This document shows positions 56,405 through 64,000 of a stretch of DNA of 64,000 nucleotides, in pieces; the first letter of the stretch is position 1; the number at the start of each line of letters is the position of its first letter. The DNA lies in NCBI GenBank assembly GCA_964527775.1, contig CAZGQS010000009.1, positions 3,416 to 67,415 on the forward strand, written 5' to 3'. Both the position numbers and the translations under genes were made by a program. Origin of the DNA: an uncultured Rhizobium sp. GTDB taxonomy: Bacteria; Bacteroidota; Bacteroidia; NS11-12g; UBA955. A model generated the notes under the pieces. The model ran no database searches. It worked only from the letters and a program-made list of their open reading frames with translations, and had not been told where the DNA came from.

Positions 56405-57277
56405 TTATTTTAAAATTGTATCGCTTTTCAGCGTAATAAAAACTCCTTTAAACAATGATTCTATTTGATTTCCTGGGGACGGAAATTCTTGTCCTAATGA
56501 TTGATAAATCTGAGTAAAAGGACCGTTCACTGAGAATTTCACTTCTTTAGGCTCTGATTTTTCTTTGAGTGAAGCCATTAATTCTTTTGGCAACTGATTT
56601 GGTTGAAAATGATAACCAAAGACTTTTTCAGGAGCACTTGAGTTGTAAGCTATGAATTGGGCTTTTGCGTCATACAATGCTTGCAAACCAGGATTGGTTA
56701 TAAATCCATCAGATCTACCTGAAAAAACATCTTTGAGGGCAAACTTGAGTGATTCATCGCTTATAGTTGAATCAATGGGCTTGGCAAAAACCAAAACTTT
56801 ATGTTTAAAGGCAAAATACACAGGTGAACCCACTACTTTAACTAGGTTATAGGTACCCAAGTCCATTTTATTGGAAATCAGGTTCTGTTTCTTTAGTGTA
56901 TCACAGAAACTACTGAATGATTCTTCAGAAGTCAAGGTAAAAGCAAAGAATTGCGCTTCTTTGGTTTTAAAATACACTACATCTGAGAATAGCGCTATAC
57001 CCGGTTCAGCGGGTTTATCACAATGCGAAAATACGGCCCAACTTCCTACCAAATTTGAAATACTGTCAATGAAACTTGTGGGTTTAGCCGACGCAAAATC
57101 ATCTCTAAATTTACGTGTTTGAAAATGAACAAATTGTTCCACCTTAGCAGGAACAATAACGGGCAAACTAGAGCGAGAAGTAAAATTAAAGTAGAGATAA
57201 ATACCGAATGCTACCACGGTTATAGTAATGATAACCATCAATGAAAGCGCGGTTCTTCTGAAGCCTCTAGAATCCAT
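56405..57277 (-). CDS. Hypothetical membrane-anchored / periplasmic protein
   Basis: The start is chosen at MDSRGFRRTALSLMVIITITVV. The longer ORF running to 57340 would overlap a terminator hairpin. Confidence 0.35.
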   Translation of the reverse strand: MDSRGFRRTALSLMVIITITVVAFGIYLYFNFTSRSSLPVIVPAKVEQFVHFQTRKFRDDFASAKPTSFIDSISNLVGSWAVFSHCDKPAEPGIALFSDVVYFKTKEAQFFAFTLTSEESFSSFCDTLKKQNLISNKMDLGTYNLVKVVGSPVYFAFKHKVLVFAKPIDSTISDESLKFALKDVFSGRSDGFITNPGLQALYDAKAQFIAYNSSAPEKVFGYHFQPNQLPKELMASLKEKSEPKEVKFSVNGPFTQIYQSLGQEFPSPGNQIESLFKGVFITLKSDTILK

Positions 57278-57326
57278 GGTGCAAAGATACAACAGATAAA
57301 GGGCAAACTTTTCTGTAATAAAAACA

Positions 57327-57354
57327 AAAAAGGCCGACAAAAGCCGGCCTTTTC
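57327..57354 (-). terminator. Rho-independent terminator downstream of the Cys-rich repeat gene
   Basis: AAAAGGCCG-n8-CGGCCTTTT is a perfect 9-bp stem with T/A runs on both sides, so it may act bidirectionally. Confidence 0.5.
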
Positions 57355-57373
57355 TATAAAATGTATTGAAAGA

Positions 57374-57757
57374 TTATTCTTTGGTTTTAGCGTCACCTGC
57401 TTTTTTGCAACAAGCTTTGGCTTCGCCGTCTTTAGAACACTCTTTTTTTGCAGCGCCTTCTGCAGAAGCGGTTGCACTAGCACCGTCTTTCTTGCAACAA
57501 GCCTTAGCTTCGCCACCTTTAGAACATTCTTTTTTAGCTGCACCTTCGGTTGAAGCAGTGGTTGTTTTTTTGCAACAAGCTTTTGCTTCAGCACCCGCAT
57601 TGGTGCACTCTTTTTTTACTTCACCATTTGCGTTTTTACACTCGGCTTTAACTTCACCGTTTGTGTTTTTGCACTCAGCTTTAACTGTTTCTGTTTGAGC
57701 GAATGATACTGTGGCAAAACCTACGGTAATGGCCAACAATGCAAAGAATTTTTTCAT
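57374..57757 (-). CDS. Small secreted low-complexity protein with four Cys-rich repeats (ECK/ECS...AKACCKK)
   Basis: It has a signal peptide MKKFFALLAITVGFATVSFAQ. The repeats are KAECKN(T/A)NGEV and GEAKACCKK. An antisense ORF arises from the same repeats. Confidence 0.45.
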   Translation of the reverse strand: MKKFFALLAITVGFATVSFAQTETVKAECKNTNGEVKAECKNANGEVKKECTNAGAEAKACCKKTTTASTEGAAKKECSKGGEAKACCKKDGASATASAEGAAKKECSKDGEAKACCKKAGDAKTKE

Positions 57758-57795
57758 TTGTATAAAATTTTAATTAGTACGAATATACGCTATCT

Positions 57796-58452
57796 CTATG
57801 GGAATTTAGCAATGACCGTCTCGCCGCCTGTCGTTTTTTGGTCAAGTTTCACCGTAATTTCGGCCGTCAAGGGCAAATAAATATCCACTCTTGAACCAAA
57901 CTTGATAAATCCAAACTCTTTGCCGGCTTTGGCCTTATGCCCTTCTTTGGCATAACAAACAATACGTTTAGCCAATGCACCTGCAATTTGTCTGAAGAGA
58001 ATGATACCGTGTTCGTTTTTGACAGCCACAGTAGTTCTTTCATTTTCGGTTGAACTTTTTGGATGCCATGCCACCAAGTATTTACCTGGATGGTATTTTT
58101 CGTACACCACATTTCCTGCAACCGGATATCGGTTTACGTGAACATTGATAGGTGACATGAAAATACTCACTTGTTTGCATTTTCCTTTGATAAATTCTGG
58201 TTCATCAACCTCTTCAATGACAACCACCTTACCATCGGCTGGTGCGATGACTAAATCATCGTCTTGAGGGGTATCTCGATTGGGGTGACGAAAGAATTGC
58301 ACAATGGCAATAAAAAACAAGATAGACAATCCGAAAACTACCTGGGTGTACCAGGCACCTTCAAACCAGTAACTCAATGGCGCGTTGATTAAAACCAAAG
58401 CAGCCATGGTATAAAAAATGATGGAGTAACCTTCTCTGTGAATTCTGATCAT
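57796..58452 (-). CDS. psd: Phosphatidylserine decarboxylase family proenzyme
   Basis: A membrane N-terminus and the C-terminal GFIKFGSRVDIYLP region containing the self-cleavage G-S site; 218 aa. Confidence 0.8.
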   Translation of the reverse strand: MIRIHREGYSIIFYTMAALVLINAPLSYWFEGAWYTQVVFGLSILFFIAIVQFFRHPNRDTPQDDDLVIAPADGKVVVIEEVDEPEFIKGKCKQVSIFMSPINVHVNRYPVAGNVVYEKYHPGKYLVAWHPKSSTENERTTVAVKNEHGIILFRQIAGALAKRIVCYAKEGHKAKAGKEFGFIKFGSRVDIYLPLTAEITVKLDQKTTGGETVIAKFP

Positions 58453-58468
58453 TGAAAATATAACTAAA

Positions 58469-59743
58469 TTAGAAAGACCCTCTTAATTTCAATACTGCTG
58501 ACACCTTATCTAACGCTACGCAATAAGCAGCTAAACGCATATTTACGCGGTACTTAGAAGATGCATTGTAAATATTATCGAAGGCCATTTTCATAGCGCG
58601 ATCTGCACGTCTATTTACGCGCTCTTCTGTCCAATAATAACCCAAACGGTTTTGAACCCATTCAAAATAAGAAACGGTAACACCACCAGCGTTTGCCAAA
58701 ATATCTGGAACCACTAAAATACCTTTATCATCGAGAATTTTATCAGCTTCTGCGGTTGTTGGACCGTTAGCACCTTCAACAATTAATTTTGCTTTGATGT
58801 TGTGAGCATTTTCAGGAGTAATTTGGTCTTCCATAGCGGCAGGAACAAGAACCGTTACATCCAATTCCAAAAGTTCACCGTTTGTGATTTTACGCTCGCA
58901 AGGAAATCCTTCTAAAGATCTGCTGCTTGAATTAGCTACGTGTGCAATGGCTGCATCAACGTCAATTCCTTTAGAATCGAAATAACCGCCTGAAATATCA
59001 GAAATAGCCACAATTTTAACTCCCATTTGAGAAATCAATTTTGCAGAAATAGAACCTACGTTTCCAAAACCTTGTACTGCACAATTAGCCTCAGTAGGTT
59101 TTAATCCCATTTTGGCTAAGGCACTACGAGTACTAACCATAACGCCACGTCCGGTTGCTTCCACACGTCCCAAAGAACCACCCAAAACAATGGGTTTTCC
59201 TGTAACAACAGCCCAGGCATTTTGTCCTTTGATTTTACTGTATTCGTCAACAATCCAAGCCATTTCTTGTTGGCCTGTACCCATATCTGGAGCTGGAATA
59301 TCTTGTTCTGGACCAAAAACGTCTTTCATGGCCACTGTATAGGCACGTGTTAAACGCTCTAATTCTCCTTTACTCATGGAACGTGGATCACACTTGATTC
59401 CACCTTTTGCACCACCATAAGGAATATTCACAATAGCACACTTCCATGTCATCCAAGCAGCAAGGGCTTTAACTTCATCTAGGTTAACATCCATGCTGTA
59501 ACGAATACCACCTTTAGAGGGACCCAAGTGATCTGAGTGTACCACTCTGTAAGCTTCAAATACTTGAATGTTACCGTTATCCATTGTAACAGGAATGTTT
59601 GCCATTACCACTTTATCGGGCACACGCAAAACATTGGCAAATTGGTGGTCTAAACCCAAAATTCCCACAGCCGCGTCAAAGCGGCGATTCATGCTTTCTA
59701 GCGGATTGTATCGAGGAGATCCGCCGTTCATTGGAGTTGACAT
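58469..59743 (-). CDS. gdhA: NAD(P)-specific glutamate dehydrogenase
   Basis: GPSKGGIRY and IPYGGAKGGI (the catalytic Lys-rich motif), plus the Rossmann motif GFGNVGS. Confidence 0.9.
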   Translation of the reverse strand: MSTPMNGGSPRYNPLESMNRRFDAAVGILGLDHQFANVLRVPDKVVMANIPVTMDNGNIQVFEAYRVVHSDHLGPSKGGIRYSMDVNLDEVKALAAWMTWKCAIVNIPYGGAKGGIKCDPRSMSKGELERLTRAYTVAMKDVFGPEQDIPAPDMGTGQQEMAWIVDEYSKIKGQNAWAVVTGKPIVLGGSLGRVEATGRGVMVSTRSALAKMGLKPTEANCAVQGFGNVGSISAKLISQMGVKIVAISDISGGYFDSKGIDVDAAIAHVANSSSRSLEGFPCERKITNGELLELDVTVLVPAAMEDQITPENAHNIKAKLIVEGANGPTTAEADKILDDKGILVVPDILANAGGVTVSYFEWVQNRLGYYWTEERVNRRADRAMKMAFDNIYNASSKYRVNMRLAAYCVALDKVSAVLKLRGSF

Positions 59744-59845
59744 ATTAGATGTACTTAAACTGAAATTGCCGACAAATTTAGAACAATACCCATGCGGTTG
59801 TTCAAGTTTTTTCTGAATCGCCTAAAAAATTGTTCACCTGCACAT

Positions 59846-61171
59846 TCACAGATGCATCACTTTTTTCAGCAAGCGCAATGTTATCAGGCTGTTAACCTTG
59901 AACCTAGTAAGAAAATAATTTGTTAATTGTAATGAATATAAATTCAAAAACAACACCAAAATCAAGGCAACATCTAACCCTATTAACAGCCAAAACGGAC
60001 TCACTGAAACGCACTCCATTTGGTCGTAAAAAAACAATACACTGACCATCAACATAGATATCCAAGCCATTGAATGATTGGCCAACAACGTTAAAAATCT
60101 ATTCCTTGCATGCAATAAATGTCCCAAAGGAGCTGATACTGCCAAAGCCAAAATTCCGGGTGAAATTAATACTAAACGATCTTTCATTTCGGAAAAATCA
60201 CTCCCAAACACCCATGAATAAACATCCTCAGGAACCAGAAAAATCAGAAAAATCAATGTTAGTGTTACCCAAAAACTCACGGTTGAATACAACATGGCCA
60301 ATCGATTCTGAAAATTCAAATTATTAGTATTCAAAGCTTTAGAATGCAAAACCATTCCGAATGCATTTCCAAAGATCCAAACGGTATCTGCAATTAAGAA
60401 GGTATTTGACAAAACGCCGATTTCTGACATTTCATATTGGTGGTTGGATGACAAAATGAATAGCGGAGTTTTATATATAAAGAATAAAACTATATGCCCA
60501 AGTTGCGCTGTAACCCCTTGCTTGGAATGTTCCTTAATTGTCAAATCATCTGAATTGAAAGTTGGCCTAACCCACGCTCCCATATTCGATAACTTTTTGA
60601 TGGCAGCAAATCCCCAAATCCAAGCTGCCGATGCCGTGCAAATTAAAAACCAATGGGTTGTATTGAATAGACTCCCAAAAAACGTCCCCCGGAAAGTCAT
60701 GCCAAAAATCATGACAAGAAATAAAACTACAATCAACCCTAATTTCAAAGCTTCAAAGGAGAACTGCCATCTGTTTCTCAGCGAAATTTGTTGATGAGCC
60801 TGAAAATAATTAATGACCATATTTTGCCAGGTAAGTCCTAATCCGATTAACCAAAGGAATAGCCAAATCCATGACTGATCGGGCATAACATATTCGGCAA
60901 TCATTGCGGCAAGAGAGAGAATCATGGAGGAAATCAACAACAATCGTTTCGCTAATTTCTGGAACCCGTATTGAGCAAACCAATTAGACATAGCCGATCC
61001 GGCAAAAATCTCGTTGATCATCAATACCACCTGAAGATAGAGCAGATACAGGCTCAATTGTCCCCGACCATATGCACCTAAAGTATTTGAAATGATGACT
61101 ACCGTGATAAATGAAACCACCGCTTTAGACAGTTGCCAGAAATAGGCCTTTATGGGACTGTCTTGGCTCAT
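59846..61171 (-). CDS. Polysaccharide biosynthesis / oligosaccharide flippase (Wzx-like) family membrane protein
   Basis: It has about 12 TM helices and lies in a cluster with asnB-like and glycosyltransferase genes. Confidence 0.45.
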   Translation of the reverse strand: MSQDSPIKAYFWQLSKAVVSFITVVIISNTLGAYGRGQLSLYLLYLQVVLMINEIFAGSAMSNWFAQYGFQKLAKRLLLISSMILSLAAMIAEYVMPDQSWIWLFLWLIGLGLTWQNMVINYFQAHQQISLRNRWQFSFEALKLGLIVVLFLVMIFGMTFRGTFFGSLFNTTHWFLICTASAAWIWGFAAIKKLSNMGAWVRPTFNSDDLTIKEHSKQGVTAQLGHIVLFFIYKTPLFILSSNHQYEMSEIGVLSNTFLIADTVWIFGNAFGMVLHSKALNTNNLNFQNRLAMLYSTVSFWVTLTLIFLIFLVPEDVYSWVFGSDFSEMKDRLVLISPGILALAVSAPLGHLLHARNRFLTLLANHSMAWISMLMVSVLFFYDQMECVSVSPFWLLIGLDVALILVLFLNLYSLQLTNYFLTRFKVNSLITLRLLKKVMHL

Positions 61172-63090
61172 GAACTTTGATTTTCTAGGAACAATCCTAG
61201 AGACGATATTTTAAAATACAACGAAAGTTCTTTGGTTGATAATTGTGAAAATTTAGTTGCCATTTTCTCTCGATTACCTCTATTTATATAGGCATCTAAT
61301 TTAGATGACAAAAACCAATCTTTCCAATCTGAACCAAACTTTTGCGTGAGTTGAGCCTCAGGCATGGAAAACCCTTTCTTGTCTAAACGGGCAAACAAAT
61401 CATTGGGCAATAAATCTTTGAATGTATTTCGAAGCATTCCCTTAGGCATTCCACCTTCGGAAAGCGCATTGAGTGAATACTTCCCCAAAAAATATTTTGG
61501 CAACAATAAATCGTCTGCAAACGGGTTGCGACTTTCAAGTTGAAAAGCCATTCCATTTCTATCTTCCCAAGCCAGCATTTGATACAATCTCCCGTAAAAT
61601 TTAGAATCTTGTAAAGTGCCATAGTAATCACCCAACATTCGCTCTTTAACGTCTTCCACCACGGGGTGTAATTCCAAATCATTGCTAAAAATCTGTTCTT
61701 TACTGAACCAATTTCCCCAGAGATATTGATCTACTTTGTGTTTGAATTTTTGGGACATTTTCCCGCGCCACTTTCTTTTCAAAGCTATTTTAGACGCTTG
61801 CGAATATCCAATGGGCCAATGATCTTTAAAATCTTTTAACTCTTGATCTCCATCAATGATGGATTGAATAAAATAATCTGGATATCCCCCAAAAATCTCA
61901 TCAGCACCTTGACCATTAAACAATACGGTTACCCCAACTTCCCTTACTTTTCTGCAAAGTGCAAAATGACCTATGTTGTTCCAAGCTACAGGCGGGCGTT
62001 TGGTCAATTGCACCAATTGCTCAAAGTCTGGAGTACCAAGGTCTTCCACTCGTATCTGATGCATTTGTCCGCCGTGTTTCTTTTGGACTTTTTTCTGCCA
62101 CTCGGTTTCATCGCCTTGCATGCCATTTGATCCCACCGAAAAAAGGTGCAAAGGGGCATCCATACCCAGCTGCCATCTGCCAATTCCCAGAATAATGCTG
62201 CTGTCAATTCCGCCGCTAACGGCAAAACCCATAGGCACATCACTTCTCAAACGTTTGCGCATGCTTTCGAACAAAAGTTCGCGCAAATCACGCACCTCGT
62301 TCAATCTTTGGTAGGTAGACGGGTAATACCATTGCCTATCAATGATACTTCTCAGATTGGGTATCCATCTAATCCAACAACCAGGTTTCAAGGTTTTCAC
62401 TTCAGGATACCAATCAACGGCATCAGTCATTGAATACTTAAGATGCAGATAGATTGCTGTGGGATTAATTTCTTTAGAATCGTTTATTTCTCGGAGCGTT
62501 TGTTCTTCGCTGGAGAATGCGAATGTTTCTTTATTGTTTAAATAAAACAGCGGCTTCACGCCGGTTTTATCTCTCACTAGCGTGTAGGTATTTTCTAAAG
62601 AATCATAAATGCAAAAAGCAAAAAAACCATCTAAAAGCTGCAGGCATTTATCTTCCATTTTTGCCCAAAGCTCTAACAACACTTCCGTATCAGTATCAGT
62701 TATAGTGTTGATTTTATACTGTTTCCTGAGCTCTATATAATTGAATATCTCACCGTTGAAGGTAATCCAATATCTACCTGTGGCATCGCACATGGGCTGA
62801 TGTCCTCTATCTCCAGGAGCAATTATTGAAAGTCTCTGATGCAGTATAAAACCATTAACTTGTTCGGTCAATAACTCTGTTGCGGATTTCTCAGGGATGT
62901 ATTGCAGCATATCTGAATACACTTCCCTACCCCAAAACACGGGTTTCGGGTCTGAATTCCGGAGCATGAGAAGTAGACCAGCATCATCCTTTCCACGGTG
63001 CTTTAACTCATCGGAAAAACGGGTAGCCCATCGTTTCCAATAGGTTGGGTCTCTAACGACCGATGTTGATATTCCCGCTATTCCGCACAT
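61168..63090 (-). CDS. asnB: Asparagine synthetase (glutamine-hydrolysing)
   Basis: The N-terminal nucleophile MCGIAGI, and the PP-loop AVSGGIDSS. Confidence 0.9.
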   Translation of the reverse strand: MCGIAGISTSVVRDPTYWKRWATRFSDELKHRGKDDAGLLLMLRNSDPKPVFWGREVYSDMLQYIPEKSATELLTEQVNGFILHQRLSIIAPGDRGHQPMCDATGRYWITFNGEIFNYIELRKQYKINTITDTDTEVLLELWAKMEDKCLQLLDGFFAFCIYDSLENTYTLVRDKTGVKPLFYLNNKETFAFSSEEQTLREINDSKEINPTAIYLHLKYSMTDAVDWYPEVKTLKPGCWIRWIPNLRSIIDRQWYYPSTYQRLNEVRDLRELLFESMRKRLRSDVPMGFAVSGGIDSSIILGIGRWQLGMDAPLHLFSVGSNGMQGDETEWQKKVQKKHGGQMHQIRVEDLGTPDFEQLVQLTKRPPVAWNNIGHFALCRKVREVGVTVLFNGQGADEIFGGYPDYFIQSIIDGDQELKDFKDHWPIGYSQASKIALKRKWRGKMSQKFKHKVDQYLWGNWFSKEQIFSNDLELHPVVEDVKERMLGDYYGTLQDSKFYGRLYQMLAWEDRNGMAFQLESRNPFADDLLLPKYFLGKYSLNALSEGGMPKGMLRNTFKDLLPNDLFARLDKKGFSMPEAQLTQKFGSDWKDWFLSSKLDAYINRGNREKMATKFSQLSTKELSLYFKISSLGLFLENQSS

Positions 63091-63992
63091 GAGTAATGAT
63101 GAATCAATTGCTGTGCAATGCTTTCACTCAAATAGTGAAGTCTTGCATTTTGTTGTATCAGCAATCGATCAAAGTTTTCGCATTTTTTGCAAAAATCCAA
63201 CATTGCGGTGGTTATTTTAAGTGTTTTTGCAGAATTATTCTCTTGGGGATTCCAATCTTCCATCAATACACCGTTTTCTGCATGAACCATTTCCGAAATA
63301 CCACCCACGTTTGATGCTATGACGGGGACCCCAAATGCAAGCGCTTCGGATATAACACAAGGGGCATTTTCCGAATCACTGGCTATCAGCAGAACGCTTG
63401 CTTTTTGATAAAATTCAGCCAATTCTGAAGCTGTTACCGCTCCGAAAATATGAATATCATGTTCTGTTAAATTCGTCTGTTCCACCATCAACTTCTTTCT
63501 ATACCCTTCAGGAGCTCCAACCAACGTCAAATGAACATTTGGAATCTGTTTTTTTAACTCTTTAAAGGCTTCGATGATCAAATGGGTATTCTTTCTGGGT
63601 TCAAAATTAGATACATGCAAGAAGTTCAAGGCTTGGAAAGATTGTTGCTTTGCAGGGGCGATTTCAAATGTTTCAAAAACAGGGTCTAATGCATTGGGAA
63701 ATAATACGTATTTCTTTCTTTTTCCCAGTGTATGCTCCATAGAATGGTGAAGATTCAGGTTGATGCTTGCACAGGTATCGGTTTTGCTCCACACATATTT
63801 ATAAGACCATTGAAACCACAGGTTGCGTTTTTCGAATCGATCTGGCACCCAATCATTAAAGATTGCCCAATGCTCTGTTAGCCACAACTTGTAGTTGAAA
63901 AAGGGTTTCCAAAACGCTGCTACAACTCCAATTTTATCAGCAGCGTGAATATGCACCTTGTTGGGTTGCAATTCTAAAATTAATTGAAACAT
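63078..63992 (-). CDS. Glycosyltransferase family 4 (GT-B) protein, possibly 5'-partial at the window edge
   Basis: The EX7E motif is in SDSENAPCVISEALAFGVPVIAS. The short N-domain suggests the true start may lie beyond 64000. Confidence 0.7.
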   Translation of the reverse strand: MFQLILELQPNKVHIHAADKIGVVAAFWKPFFNYKLWLTEHWAIFNDWVPDRFEKRNLWFQWSYKYVWSKTDTCASINLNLHHSMEHTLGKRKKYVLFPNALDPVFETFEIAPAKQQSFQALNFLHVSNFEPRKNTHLIIEAFKELKKQIPNVHLTLVGAPEGYRKKLMVEQTNLTEHDIHIFGAVTASELAEFYQKASVLLIASDSENAPCVISEALAFGVPVIASNVGGISEMVHAENGVLMEDWNPQENNSAKTLKITTAMLDFCKKCENFDRLLIQQNARLHYLSESIAQQLIHHYSCAE

Positions 63993-64000
63993 TTTCCCCG

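Noticed and set aside
57366-57698. 110-aa plus-strand ORF with repeats (LQQALASP…)
   Set aside because: It is the antisense reading of the repeat-encoded Cys-rich gene on the minus strand. The minus-strand gene has a signal peptide and a terminator, so it is the real gene.
1-64000. tRNA/rRNA genes
   Set aside because: By eye I found no cloverleaf-compatible segments of 70-90 nt with GTTC/TΨC-like arms in intergenic regions, and no rRNA-like conserved blocks. A tRNAscan or Infernal run would be needed to be sure.

Overview
The window reads as a Bacteroidota-type chromosome segment. It has T9SS C-terminal-sorted secreted proteins, a split pntAA/pntAB/pntB cluster and a split MetH homocysteine-binding domain, with tight or overlapping gene junctions throughout. 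It falls into two compositionally distinct parts. Positions 1 to about 20.5 kb are markedly AT-rich and look like an accessory or defence island. This island holds a 5'-truncated RecQ-family helicase with a large uncharacterised C-terminal region, translationally coupled to a coiled-coil membrane-anchored protein. It holds two related insertion-sequence relics: a 74-bp MITE-like terminal-repeat pair, and an 844-bp degraded IS3-family element with orfA N-terminal and orfB C-terminal fragments. These bracket four orphan ORFs. The minus strand carries a tightly coupled four-gene operon encoding a MotB/OmpA-like protein, a compact MotA/ExbB-like channel protein with a long coiled-coil tail, a 475-aa unknown protein and a 1089-aa SNF2 helicase fused to a C-terminal Mrr-like PD-(D/E)xK nuclease. 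This is a Zorya-type-I-like anti-phage system, but with non-canonical gene order (B before A) and domain architecture. The island continues with a lipoprotein, a possible TIR-like small protein, an ADP-ribosylglycohydrolase, two HepT/MNT toxin-antitoxin pairs (one HepT degraded) and a YhcG/DUF1016 pseudogene. It ends in a GC-rich tandem-repeat block just upstream of typA. From about 20.8 kb onward the window is higher-GC core genome: typA, lpdA, an MBL hydrolase, menD, smpB, ytxJ-like, hemD/hemW, a Cys-rich-repeat T9SS protein, uspA, secA, purH, pyrD, a secreted NucA-type endonuclease, a DUF255 thioredoxin-domain protein, pntAA/pntAB/pntB, recJ, leucine dehydrogenase, the MetH Hcy-binding domain, psd, gdhA, asnB and glycosyltransferase/flippase genes. 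A second, inverted copy of the GC-rich repeat element lies at about 44.4 kb, so the two copies bracket a 23.6-kb core block. I found no CRISPR array, rRNA or convincing tRNA by eye. All calls come from motif recognition in the supplied translations and direct reading of the nucleotide sequence. No database searches were run.
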